NCBI GenBank assembly: GCA_011773785.1
Contig: WVWY01000001.1
Span: 3,085 to 67,084, forward strand
Direction of reading: 5' to 3'
DNA from: Candidatus Nitrosomaritimum khambatensis
GTDB lineage: Archaea; Thermoproteota; Nitrososphaeria; Nitrososphaerales; Nitrosopumilaceae
Length of the DNA stretch: 64,000 nt
The notes beneath the pieces are model-generated. The model made no database searches, was not told the DNA's origin, and worked only from the letters and a program-made list of their open reading frames with translations. Positions 9,799-17,791 of this stretch are shown here, piece by piece. The position numbers and the translations under genes are program-made. Each line of letters begins with the position of its first letter. Position 1 is the stretch's first letter.

Positions 9799-9965
9799 GA
9801 ATTTACCAGGAATCTTTTTTAATATCTGCGAGAATTTTTAAACATCGAGTTTTCTGCGGATGCACCTCTTTGAGTGCGGATAAAACCCACTCTTAGAGAT
9901 TTTTACAAATTCAAAGTAAAATGTATGGTTTTACAGTTATTAAAGGGGTTTTTTCTATTGCCGAT

Positions 9966-10424
9966 ATGCCCAGTTTACAAGACAAGGTATGGATACGACT
10001 TTGGAATGAAAATTCTCCTGATATCCGAGATCGAGTAGTTGGATGGCGTAAACAAAGTGCCGTTACTAGAATCGACAGACCTAGCAGAATACAAAGGGCA
10101 AGAAGATTAGGCTACAAAGCAAAACAAGGTATCGTTGTAGTCCGAATGAGAGTTGGAACTGGTGGTATGAGAAAACAAAGACCAACTGGTGGAAGAAGAC
10201 CAAAACATCTTGGTGTTACTCGAATAAAGGGTGATGACAGCATGAAGAAAGTTGCAGAGCGCAGAGTTTTGGAAAAATACCCAAACATGAAACTTTTGGG
10301 CTCTTACTTTGTATACAAAGACGGAAAGCACTATTGGTTTGAAATAATTTTGGCAGACCCACAACATCCAAGAATTGCTCAAGATAAAGAAATTCGAAAT
10401 AGACTAGGCGCATCAGCTGCATAA
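9966..10424 (+). CDS. rpl15e: 50S ribosomal protein L15e
   Basis: RARRLGYKAKQG, AERRV and YWFEIILADP. Start taken at ATG 9966. Confidence 0.95.
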   Translation: MPSLQDKVWIRLWNENSPDIRDRVVGWRKQSAVTRIDRPSRIQRARRLGYKAKQGIVVVRMRVGTGGMRKQRPTGGRRPKHLGVTRIKGDDSMKKVAERRVLEKYPNMKLLGSYFVYKDGKHYWFEIILADPQHPRIAQDKEIRNRLGASAA

Positions 10425-10426
10425 AA

Positions 10427-11251
10427 TTGAATTTTAAATTATTAATTCCAGCATTTTTGATTCTAAGCTTTTCTCCTGCTTTTGGACAACTTTCAGACGC
10501 AACTGGTTTAGTTAATCGGTTTGATATTGAAACTGGAGGTCATATTTTTGAAATCACAACAACTGCAAATTTTGATGTCACTGATGTAGATTTTGACAAG
10601 GATGCAAAACAACTAACATTTCATATTGTAAGTAGCCTTGAAAACAACCTCGGTGAAATTATAATTCCTTCCAACTTGCTTAGCGGAAATTTTACTTTCC
10701 TTCTAAATGATCAGAATTATCAACCTAAAATTAAGACCAATGACAGAATTGCATTTATCACCTTAAACTTCACTGGTGCGGGTGAAAACAAAGTAGATGT
10801 GTTTGCAACAAACTATCTACAAGGTGTTGATGAGGTTGAGCCTGAAATCAATGGTTCTTCTGAAGAAAATCTACCACAAGATGAAGGCGGAGGGTGTTTA
10901 ATTGCAACTGCAACATTTGATTCAGAACTCTCCCCTCAAGTTCAACAGCTCAGAGAATTACGTGATAACAAATTGCTAAAAACACAATCAGGTACTGCAT
11001 TTATCAAACACTTCAATGAATTTTACTACTCTTTTTCCCCATACATTGCCGATTATGAAAGAGAAAATCCCTTATTCAAAGAAGCTGTAAAATTAACAAT
11101 TACTCCAATGTTGGCTAGCCTTTCAATACTAAACCATGTTAATTTGAATTCCGAAGCTCAAGTTGTTGGATTTGGATTAAGTGTAATTGGTTTGAATTTA
11201 GGAATGTACTTTGCAATGCCTGCACTAATCTATTTGAGGTTTAGAAAATGA
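10427..11251 (+). CDS. Surface protein with CFI-box-CTERM domain
   Basis: Signal peptide; GGGCLIATATFDSELSPQVQQLRELRD...FYYSFSP and a TM tail. Confidence 0.8.
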   Translation: MNFKLLIPAFLILSFSPAFGQLSDATGLVNRFDIETGGHIFEITTTANFDVTDVDFDKDAKQLTFHIVSSLENNLGEIIIPSNLLSGNFTFLLNDQNYQPKIKTNDRIAFITLNFTGAGENKVDVFATNYLQGVDEVEPEINGSSEENLPQDEGGGCLIATATFDSELSPQVQQLRELRDNKLLKTQSGTAFIKHFNEFYYSFSPYIADYERENPLFKEAVKLTITPMLASLSILNHVNLNSEAQVVGFGLSVIGLNLGMYFAMPALIYLRFRK

Positions 11252-11334
11252 AAAAATCTCTAATCGGAGTAATAGGAATTGCAGTAAGTGTAATTGTATA
11301 TTATTCTCTAATGTCTTATTTGTGGGGCTTTTAG
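11248..11334 (+). CDS. Single-TM microprotein (28 aa)
   Basis: MKKSLIGVIGIAVSVIVYYSLMSYLWGF, with an ATGA overlap with the upstream stop. Confidence 0.5.
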   Translation: MKKSLIGVIGIAVSVIVYYSLMSYLWGF

Positions 11335-11385
11335 AATTTCTAAAGACGTTGAATTGTTTTTATTTTAAATCAAATAATTCACCTT

Positions 11386-11466
11386 ATGGAAAATGACAAA
11401 ATAGCAATAATAGCAGGATTTGCAATTGTTGTTGCTTTGTCATTGGCTGTAGTTTACCTACTATGA
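11386..11466 (+). CDS. Single-TM microprotein (26 aa)
   Basis: MENDKIAIIAGFAIVVALSLAVVYLL, preceded by an AT-rich TATA-like stretch at 11357-11370. Confidence 0.5.
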   Translation: MENDKIAIIAGFAIVVALSLAVVYLL

Positions 11467-11535
11467 TTTACTTGGAAAATCAGTACAACATTGATAATTT
11501 ATTGAGATACTCTAAATAGAAAAATTGAGGAATGA

Positions 11536-11625
11536 TTATTCCTCGCACGTGTATAATTGCTGTTTTAGCTCTTTGATTTCTTGCTCAAGGAGTCTTTTTT
11601 CTAATTGTATGTTATCAAGGTTCAT
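11536..11625 (-). CDS. Possible coiled-coil microprotein or gene remnant (29 aa)
   Basis: MNLDNIQLEKRLLEQEIKELKQQLYTCEE with a heptad L/I pattern. Confidence 0.3.
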   Translation of the reverse strand: MNLDNIQLEKRLLEQEIKELKQQLYTCEE

Positions 11626-11691
11626 TGGATTTGATCTTAAAATTTAGGAAAAAGGTCGGAAGGTGAAAAAAATTGATCTTTTGCTTTGAGT

Positions 11692-12357
11692 TTATCCTTC
11701 GTCAATGAGTTTTTGGATCATTGAATCCAGATGTCCTGTTTGGCCAAAGGAGACATCCCTTAAGATCCCTTTTCTATCAACAACTATGGTGGAAGGGGTT
11801 CCCTGCAATGCATATTTTTCAAAGGTCTCTGCAGAATACTCTTTTGACATTAAATGGTCCTTTACTCTTTGGATGATTGAATTGCGATAGTCTTCTGGTT
11901 GAGAATCAAATTCTGGAAGTTGTGCATAGATAAATTTCATAATTTGATCCTGGCTTACTTCTCCTGCTGTTTTGGTAAGATTGTCCATTGCCAATGGAAA
12001 TGGAATTTTAAATGGAAGTTTGTTACCTTCTTTTAGTTGACCATACATTGAGAGTGCATCTTTAGTTTCACCAATAACTTCCCCAGTTTCAGCAAGCATC
12101 TTCAAGTTATCTAGTGTATTTTTATCAAAATCTTCAAAGGCAGTAGCTATTCCCAAAAATCTTACTCCCTCATCTTTGTATTTGTTGTAGAGGTTTATTG
12201 CTTCAGGAATTGCATACATAAAGCATCCTGGACAATTTACTTGAAATACCTCAACGATGACAATTTTGTCTTTTTCTTGGTCTAGGTTTGTTGGTGCACC
12301 TTGTACCCATTCTGAAATTCCTAGATTGGGAGCTTTTTGGCCTATTACTGCACTCAT
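11692..12357 (-). CDS. Redoxin / TlpA-like thiol-disulfide oxidoreductase
   Basis: IGQKAP, FQVNCPGC and GTPSTIVVDRKG thioredoxin-fold motifs. Confidence 0.85.
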   Translation of the reverse strand: MSAVIGQKAPNLGISEWVQGAPTNLDQEKDKIVIVEVFQVNCPGCFMYAIPEAINLYNKYKDEGVRFLGIATAFEDFDKNTLDNLKMLAETGEVIGETKDALSMYGQLKEGNKLPFKIPFPLAMDNLTKTAGEVSQDQIMKFIYAQLPEFDSQPEDYRNSIIQRVKDHLMSKEYSAETFEKYALQGTPSTIVVDRKGILRDVSFGQTGHLDSMIQKLIDEG

Positions 12358-12432
12358 TGTAAATAATCAAATTTTTTCCATTAAATACATATCTAAAGTC
12401 TCTAGTTTTATGACGAATAATTATTGAATTTC

Positions 12433-12552
12433 TTAATTACACTCTGAACAAATTTTATCACTTTCAACTTTTCCTCTTCTGTGATCCATGAGATATTCAT
12501 GAGAAACTTCTTCCTCTTCCATTTCTTTTCCACACTTTCGACATACAACCAT
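12433..12552 (-). CDS. Zinc-finger microprotein (39 aa, 2x CxxC)
   Basis: Hand translation gives MVVCRKCGKEMEEEEVSHEYLMDHRRGKVESDKICSECN. Confidence 0.65.
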   Translation of the reverse strand: MVVCRKCGKEMEEEEVSHEYLMDHRRGKVESDKICSECN

Positions 12553-12771
12553 AATTAGATTTTCACTTTAATTCTGAGATTCAAAGCCTTTACTGCTGCA
12601 CCAAAGGACGTAATTGCACATACACTATTCCATTTTGTTTAAGGCCTTGACCTCATTATTCGTACACCTTTATCGAATTTAAGAAGTGTGCCTATTATCA
12701 CAACTTAGCATTTGATTTTTGTTTAGTATAATCAGGATCAATCTTAAGTATTATGTTCACATAGTAATAAC

Positions 12772-12876
12772 AACGAGGAACTGCCATTTCCCATTCATGC
12801 GGCAGAGGAGAGCGGATTGGTTTAGTTGCCCCTAGAATTCGTTCGATTTTCCTGAATTCCTCGTTACTTCTTTTTC
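12772..12876 (+). ncRNA. Candidate structured non-coding RNA (~100 nt, three-way junction)
   Basis: GC-rich island with a 9-bp terminal stem AACGAGGAA/TTCCTCGTT and internal stems CTGCC/GGCAG, AGGAGA/TTTCCT and GCGGATT/AATTCGT. A TATA-like TTAAGTA lies about 25 nt upstream and a T-tract follows. Confidence 0.55.
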
Positions 12877-12994
12877 AATGAGACGATCAGGATGTAGATT
12901 TTGATATTTGCAAGAAAAATTTTACAAATGATTAGAAAACTATCCTGCGAAATCAGATTAACCTAATATATGACTCTAAAACCACACAAGCCAA

Positions 12995-13483
12995 ATGCAA
13001 GTTGTTACGGATGACCGGCTCCAACTTTTTGCAGAGATGGAGGCAAAGTATGAGCAAAAAGATACTGAATATTTTGTAAAACTATTGGATCATCCTGATT
13101 ATGTTGTAAGAACAAGAGCCACTTGTATTTTGGTAGACTTTGGTGGTGAAGACAAAATTCCTCATGTTGCCAAAGTCCTAAAACATGATGATAATGAACT
13201 TGTAAGACACGAGGCAGCATTTTCTTTGGGTCAAATGGGACTTTCTAGTGGAGTTCCTCCTTTAATTGATGCAACCCTAAATGACCCCAGCATGTTTGTA
13301 AGACACGAAGCAGCAATAGCTCTAGGAGTTGTGGGTTCTAATGATGCCAAAGAAGCTCTGGAAAAAGCACTAAAAGATCCTGATGAACCTGTTGTAGAAT
13401 CAGCAGTTGTTGCATTATCTAATATTGAATTTATGGAAAAATTAAGTAAAAACGAAAAATTTGCAAAATTAACTGGAGGATAA
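12995..13483 (+). CDS. HEAT-repeat (PBS lyase-like) protein resembling one half of deoxyhypusine hydroxylase
   Basis: Two HE motifs in DOHH-like contexts: LVRHEAAFSLGQM and FVRHEAAIALG. Confidence 0.75.
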   Translation: MQVVTDDRLQLFAEMEAKYEQKDTEYFVKLLDHPDYVVRTRATCILVDFGGEDKIPHVAKVLKHDDNELVRHEAAFSLGQMGLSSGVPPLIDATLNDPSMFVRHEAAIALGVVGSNDAKEALEKALKDPDEPVVESAVVALSNIEFMEKLSKNEKFAKLTGG

Positions 13484-13486
13484 AAA

Positions 13487-15709
13487 ATGAATCTTACTTA
13501 TGGAATAATGGCAGCAATTGGATTGCTTGTTGCTGGAATCTTGGGTTCTATTGCAATGGATTCAGGATATCTTCAAGATGCACCTGCAATGCCAACAATT
13601 GAAAAACCAACAATTTGTACAAGTGAATATAATCCTGTTTGTGGTGTTGACATGAACACCTATGGAAACCTGTGTAAGGCATTTGTAGCTGAAGTTGAAG
13701 TTTTACACAAAGGTGAATGTGGTGAAATGATTGAAGAACCAATTCCTGTGGATGTTGGAACTTCAATGCCTGTCCCTGAAATCCTAGTATCAATACCTGA
13801 AGGCTCTGGGATGCCAGGATGTGAAGAGACAAACGAATGTTACATTCCTTATTCAGTTAACGTAGGAGTTGGCCAAACCGTATCTTGGAGTAATGATGAC
13901 ACTGCAGCTCACACAGTTACATCTGGAAGCCCAGCTGATGGCCCAGATGGAATGTTTGACTCTAGCATGATTATGGCAGGTGCAACTTTTGAATTTACTT
14001 TTGATGAAGAAGGAACTTTTGTTTACTATTGTATTGTTCATCCTTGGATGATTGGCGAAGTGGTAGTTGGCGATGCTGGTGAAATGATAGTTGAACCTGA
14101 AGAACCTCCACATGATGCTGATATTGATGGATTTACACCTCCACCAGAACCTGAACCAGAACCCGAACCTGAACCCTTAACAGACGTTCCAGTTAGTTCT
14201 GCAATGCCACGAGCTCCAATGACTCATACAGTTGAAATGGCAATTGGCTCTGGAGTTCCAGGATGTGAACAAAACAACGAGTGTTATCTTCCATATTCAT
14301 TAGAGATACTAGTTAGAGACACAGTACTTTGGGACAATATTGATTCAGCTTCACACACTGTAACTGCAGGAACTTCAGCTGATGGACCAACTGGATTATT
14401 TGATAGTGGGTTATTTTTGGCAGGTGCAACTTTTGAATTTACATTTGAAGAAGCAGGAGTTTATCCTTACTTTTGCATGGTTCATCCTTGGATGACTGGA
14501 GAAATTATTGTAAATGAAGTACAAGAAATTATTGTAGAGCCACCACATCCTGCTGCAGATGATAGGGACATGATTGTTGATGAACCAATAGTTGAAGAAA
14601 GAATGTCAGGACCACATGAGGTAGACATGGCAATAGGCTCTGCAGTGCCAGGATGTGAAGAAACTTTAGAATGTTATTTGCCATATCAAATTGAGATTAG
14701 TTCTGGAGAAACTGTTCTTTGGAACAACATTGACTCAGCTGCCCACACAGTAACAAGTGGAGAAGCAGGTGCTCCTGATGGCATTTTTGATTCAGGAATG
14801 GTAATGTCTGGTGGCTCTTACGAGTTTACATTTGTAGAACCAGGTGAATATGATTACTATTGTATGGTTCATCCTTGGATGACAGGCAAAATTATGGTAA
14901 GCGAGTTTGCAGAAATTAAAACCATGGAAGGCGATGCTGTTAGGCAAACTTCCTCAAGTCCATCATCTGAAGAATCACAAACACATGCTTCTCCTGAGGA
15001 GATAAAGGCAATGGTTACAGACGCAATTGCTCTGTATGATGAAATTGGAATGGACTCTTTTGAATCATTTAATTCAAGTCCAGATTTTCACAAATCTGAC
15101 CTTTACATGTTTGTATTTCGAGATTCAGATAGTATAATGATGGCCCATGGGGCAAATGCGGCACTAATTGGAGAATCTGTAGATAAGATTCTTGATATCT
15201 ATGGAGAAAGCATCGGAAAGATGGTTCATGACAAAGCTACCAAAGAAGGTGCTTGGATAGAATATCTCTGGTGGGATCCCACAGACAATGAGACTCATCC
15301 AAAAATTGTTTGGGCGGTAAAACATGACGGCTATATTTTTGGAACTGGTTCATACAGCGATGCTGAACCAACTTCTGTAGAACCCCAGATTGAACCCTCA
15401 GAACTACGTGCGACATCTTTTGAAGTTATTATTCCAGTAGGTTCGCCACTTGAAGGATGTGAGAATCTCAATACTTGCTATGTTCCTTACCAAGCTGAAA
15501 TTAATTCTGGGGAATCAGTAATTTGGAATAATATTGATTCTGCACCACACACAATAACTAGCGGAGCCTCAGAGACTCCTGATGGCATATTTGATTCTGG
15601 ACTGATTATGGCCTCTGAATCATTTGAGTTTACATTTACAGAAGCTGGAGAATATGATTACTATTGTACTACACATCCTTGGATGACTGGCAAAATTATT
15701 GTTGCCTAA
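13487..15709 (+). CDS. Membrane-anchored multi-cupredoxin protein with Kazal and Cache domains
   Basis: N-terminal TM; Kazal CTSEYNPVCG..TYGNLC..GEC; four H..C-x-x-HPWM blue-copper domains; Cache_2-like domain (DLYMFVF..AHG..WIEYLW..P..K..GTG). Confidence 0.85.
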   Translation: MNLTYGIMAAIGLLVAGILGSIAMDSGYLQDAPAMPTIEKPTICTSEYNPVCGVDMNTYGNLCKAFVAEVEVLHKGECGEMIEEPIPVDVGTSMPVPEILVSIPEGSGMPGCEETNECYIPYSVNVGVGQTVSWSNDDTAAHTVTSGSPADGPDGMFDSSMIMAGATFEFTFDEEGTFVYYCIVHPWMIGEVVVGDAGEMIVEPEEPPHDADIDGFTPPPEPEPEPEPEPLTDVPVSSAMPRAPMTHTVEMAIGSGVPGCEQNNECYLPYSLEILVRDTVLWDNIDSASHTVTAGTSADGPTGLFDSGLFLAGATFEFTFEEAGVYPYFCMVHPWMTGEIIVNEVQEIIVEPPHPAADDRDMIVDEPIVEERMSGPHEVDMAIGSAVPGCEETLECYLPYQIEISSGETVLWNNIDSAAHTVTSGEAGAPDGIFDSGMVMSGGSYEFTFVEPGEYDYYCMVHPWMTGKIMVSEFAEIKTMEGDAVRQTSSSPSSEESQTHASPEEIKAMVTDAIALYDEIGMDSFESFNSSPDFHKSDLYMFVFRDSDSIMMAHGANAALIGESVDKILDIYGESIGKMVHDKATKEGAWIEYLWWDPTDNETHPKIVWAVKHDGYIFGTGSYSDAEPTSVEPQIEPSELRATSFEVIIPVGSPLEGCENLNTCYVPYQAEINSGESVIWNNIDSAPHTITSGASETPDGIFDSGLIMASESFEFTFTEAGEYDYYCTTHPWMTGKIIVA

Positions 15710-15712
15710 ATT

Positions 15713-17791
15713 TCACAGGGAAGTAATTTTACTTCCGTTTTCTGTTGACTCAAACCTGTAAATTCTTTCAACAGTAGAATCTTCAAAAATTTCCGCATCA
15801 TGAGTAATTATTACAAATTGCATTGGATTAGAAGAATTTGCAATATTGGATAATTGTGATAAAACTCCTACTAGGGATTTTTTTCTTTCTACATCAAGAT
15901 GAGTTGTAGGCTCATCTAAAATCATCAAATTGAGGTTTGATGCTCCTAAAAGATGTGCCATTCCTAGTCTCAAGGCTAAGGCCACGCTTACTTGTTCGCC
16001 TCCGCTTAGCGATTCTAAATCAAGAACTTCTTTTTTAGAATAACATGTAATTGAGATATCTCTTGTTTTTTCTGCAAGCTGAAGTCTTTGAATTTTTGTG
16101 TTAAGTAATGTTAGATATTCCGAGGCCTTCGATGAAATGGAATTAAGTGCCCAAGATCTCAAGCTAGTTGCAACTACACCATCTCTATTGAAAACATTTG
16201 TTTGAATATCGTTAAGTTCGTTAATGTATTCTTTCACTTTTCTTAATTCAGTCATTGACTCTTTAATTTTTGAGATATTTTCTTGATGTTTGAGAATTTT
16301 TTCATTGATTGCCCCTAATCTTTGATCCACATTTGATAATTCAGATTGTTTTTCCTCAACTAAATTTTTTAGATTTAAAAATTTGTCTTCTTCAAATCCA
16401 ATAGTTTCATCTTCTAATTTTGAAATATTTTCAAATAATAATTGTGAATGGGAATCTATTTTTGCTATTTCTAAAAGATTACTACTTGATATAACTGGAA
16501 TTTTGTCTATACTTATTTTCTTTATTTGAATCTCTTCTTTGATTTTGTTTAATTCATTTTCATCTTTTACAGAATGTGCTTTTAAAGTGGCTTCGGCATC
16601 AATTGAGCTTTGAAGTTTTTTTGAAAATTCTAATTTTTTAGTATGGTACATTTCTTTTTCTTTTTGTGAAGAAGAGATTTGATTTTTAATGGATTCTAAT
16701 TCATTAGCAAGATGTTCTTCTTGAAACAGCGGGTTTAGTTTTTCAACTTCTGAATCACAAACTGGACATTTGTTATCCATAAGTTGAAGCTTTTTTGCAA
16801 GATTTTGTTTTTCCTTAAGTGCTGTCTCTAAATTAGAAAGTTCTTGGATTTTCTTTTGGGCTTGTTCAATAGCTAACGTTATTTTTTCTAGTTTATTCTC
16901 AAGGTCGTCTTTCAGGCCCGCATATTCAAAACAATGCTCACAATCTTCAATTTTACGCTCTTTTTCGGCAATTTCACGCTGAATTTCTTTAATAGCCTCA
17001 CGTGCATATGACTGAAGTTCCTTTTTCCTCAAATCAAGTTGCTTAATTTTTTCTATTTTAGGGGTTTCATCCTCTAGTTTTTTGCGTAAATTTGAAACTT
17101 CAGACAAAAGCATTTTTTGAATTGTTTGTAGCCTTTCTTTTTCAGGTTTAGATTCTTCAAGTTCTTTTAGATAATTTTCTAGATCTCTTTCAAGAATGTC
17201 TATGTGAGTATCATCAAACCCCTCTTTTTGTTTTATTTCTTCACGAAACTCCTTGATTACCTCTTTCATATTGTTTGATGCAACATCTAATTTATCAATA
17301 CCAATAACTGCATTTAGTAATTCCTTGAATTCCTTAGGTTTTGCTTTTATTATTGAATTAAGTTCTCCTTGTTGAACTATGGATGCAATTTTTAATTTTT
17401 CAAAATCTAGCCCCAAGGTTTTTTCAATTTCATGAGTCATAGACTCTCCAAATTGTTTTCTTTCTCCTGATGCAATCTCAGTAACTTCCCCATTATTTAT
17501 TTTGGAGAATTTTGCCGCTAATGCTCCTTTACTGTCAATTTTTCTTACTGCTTCGTATTGTTGTCCATTTATTGTGAATGTTACTTTGGAATATCCTTGT
17601 GTTGAACCTCTTCGTATCAAGCCTTTACTGGATTTTCTGGTATGTTTTCCAAACAAAGCAAAGGTAATTGCATCAATTATGCTTGATTTTCCTGCCCCAT
17701 TATGTCCTACAAATACTGTAACACCATTTTCAAAATTTAATTTCGTATCTGAATGCGAAAGAAAATTACCTATCTCAACTGAATTAATCAT
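15713..17791 (-). CDS. rad50: Rad50 ATPase
   Basis: GHNGAGKSS Walker A, CPVC zinc hook, LSGGE, LDEPT and ITH. Located downstream of mre11. Confidence 0.93.
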   Translation of the reverse strand: MINSVEIGNFLSHSDTKLNFENGVTVFVGHNGAGKSSIIDAITFALFGKHTRKSSKGLIRRGSTQGYSKVTFTINGQQYEAVRKIDSKGALAAKFSKINNGEVTEIASGERKQFGESMTHEIEKTLGLDFEKLKIASIVQQGELNSIIKAKPKEFKELLNAVIGIDKLDVASNNMKEVIKEFREEIKQKEGFDDTHIDILERDLENYLKELEESKPEKERLQTIQKMLLSEVSNLRKKLEDETPKIEKIKQLDLRKKELQSYAREAIKEIQREIAEKERKIEDCEHCFEYAGLKDDLENKLEKITLAIEQAQKKIQELSNLETALKEKQNLAKKLQLMDNKCPVCDSEVEKLNPLFQEEHLANELESIKNQISSSQKEKEMYHTKKLEFSKKLQSSIDAEATLKAHSVKDENELNKIKEEIQIKKISIDKIPVISSSNLLEIAKIDSHSQLLFENISKLEDETIGFEEDKFLNLKNLVEEKQSELSNVDQRLGAINEKILKHQENISKIKESMTELRKVKEYINELNDIQTNVFNRDGVVATSLRSWALNSISSKASEYLTLLNTKIQRLQLAEKTRDISITCYSKKEVLDLESLSGGEQVSVALALRLGMAHLLGASNLNLMILDEPTTHLDVERKKSLVGVLSQLSNIANSSNPMQFVIITHDAEIFEDSTVERIYRFESTENGSKITSL

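Noticed and set aside
12570..12720. Further micro-ORFs between the zinc-finger gene and the RNA candidate
   Set aside because: The minus-strand ATG-initiated frames I translated are under 20 codons with no compositional signal.
12772..12876. 5S rRNA, tRNA, hammerhead or HDV-like ribozyme identity for the RNA candidate
   Set aside because: It is too short for 5S and lacks its helix layout. It forms no cloverleaf and has no CUGANGA/GAAA core. TCCTCG resembles HDV L3, but P1, P1.1 and P3 partners are missing on both strands.
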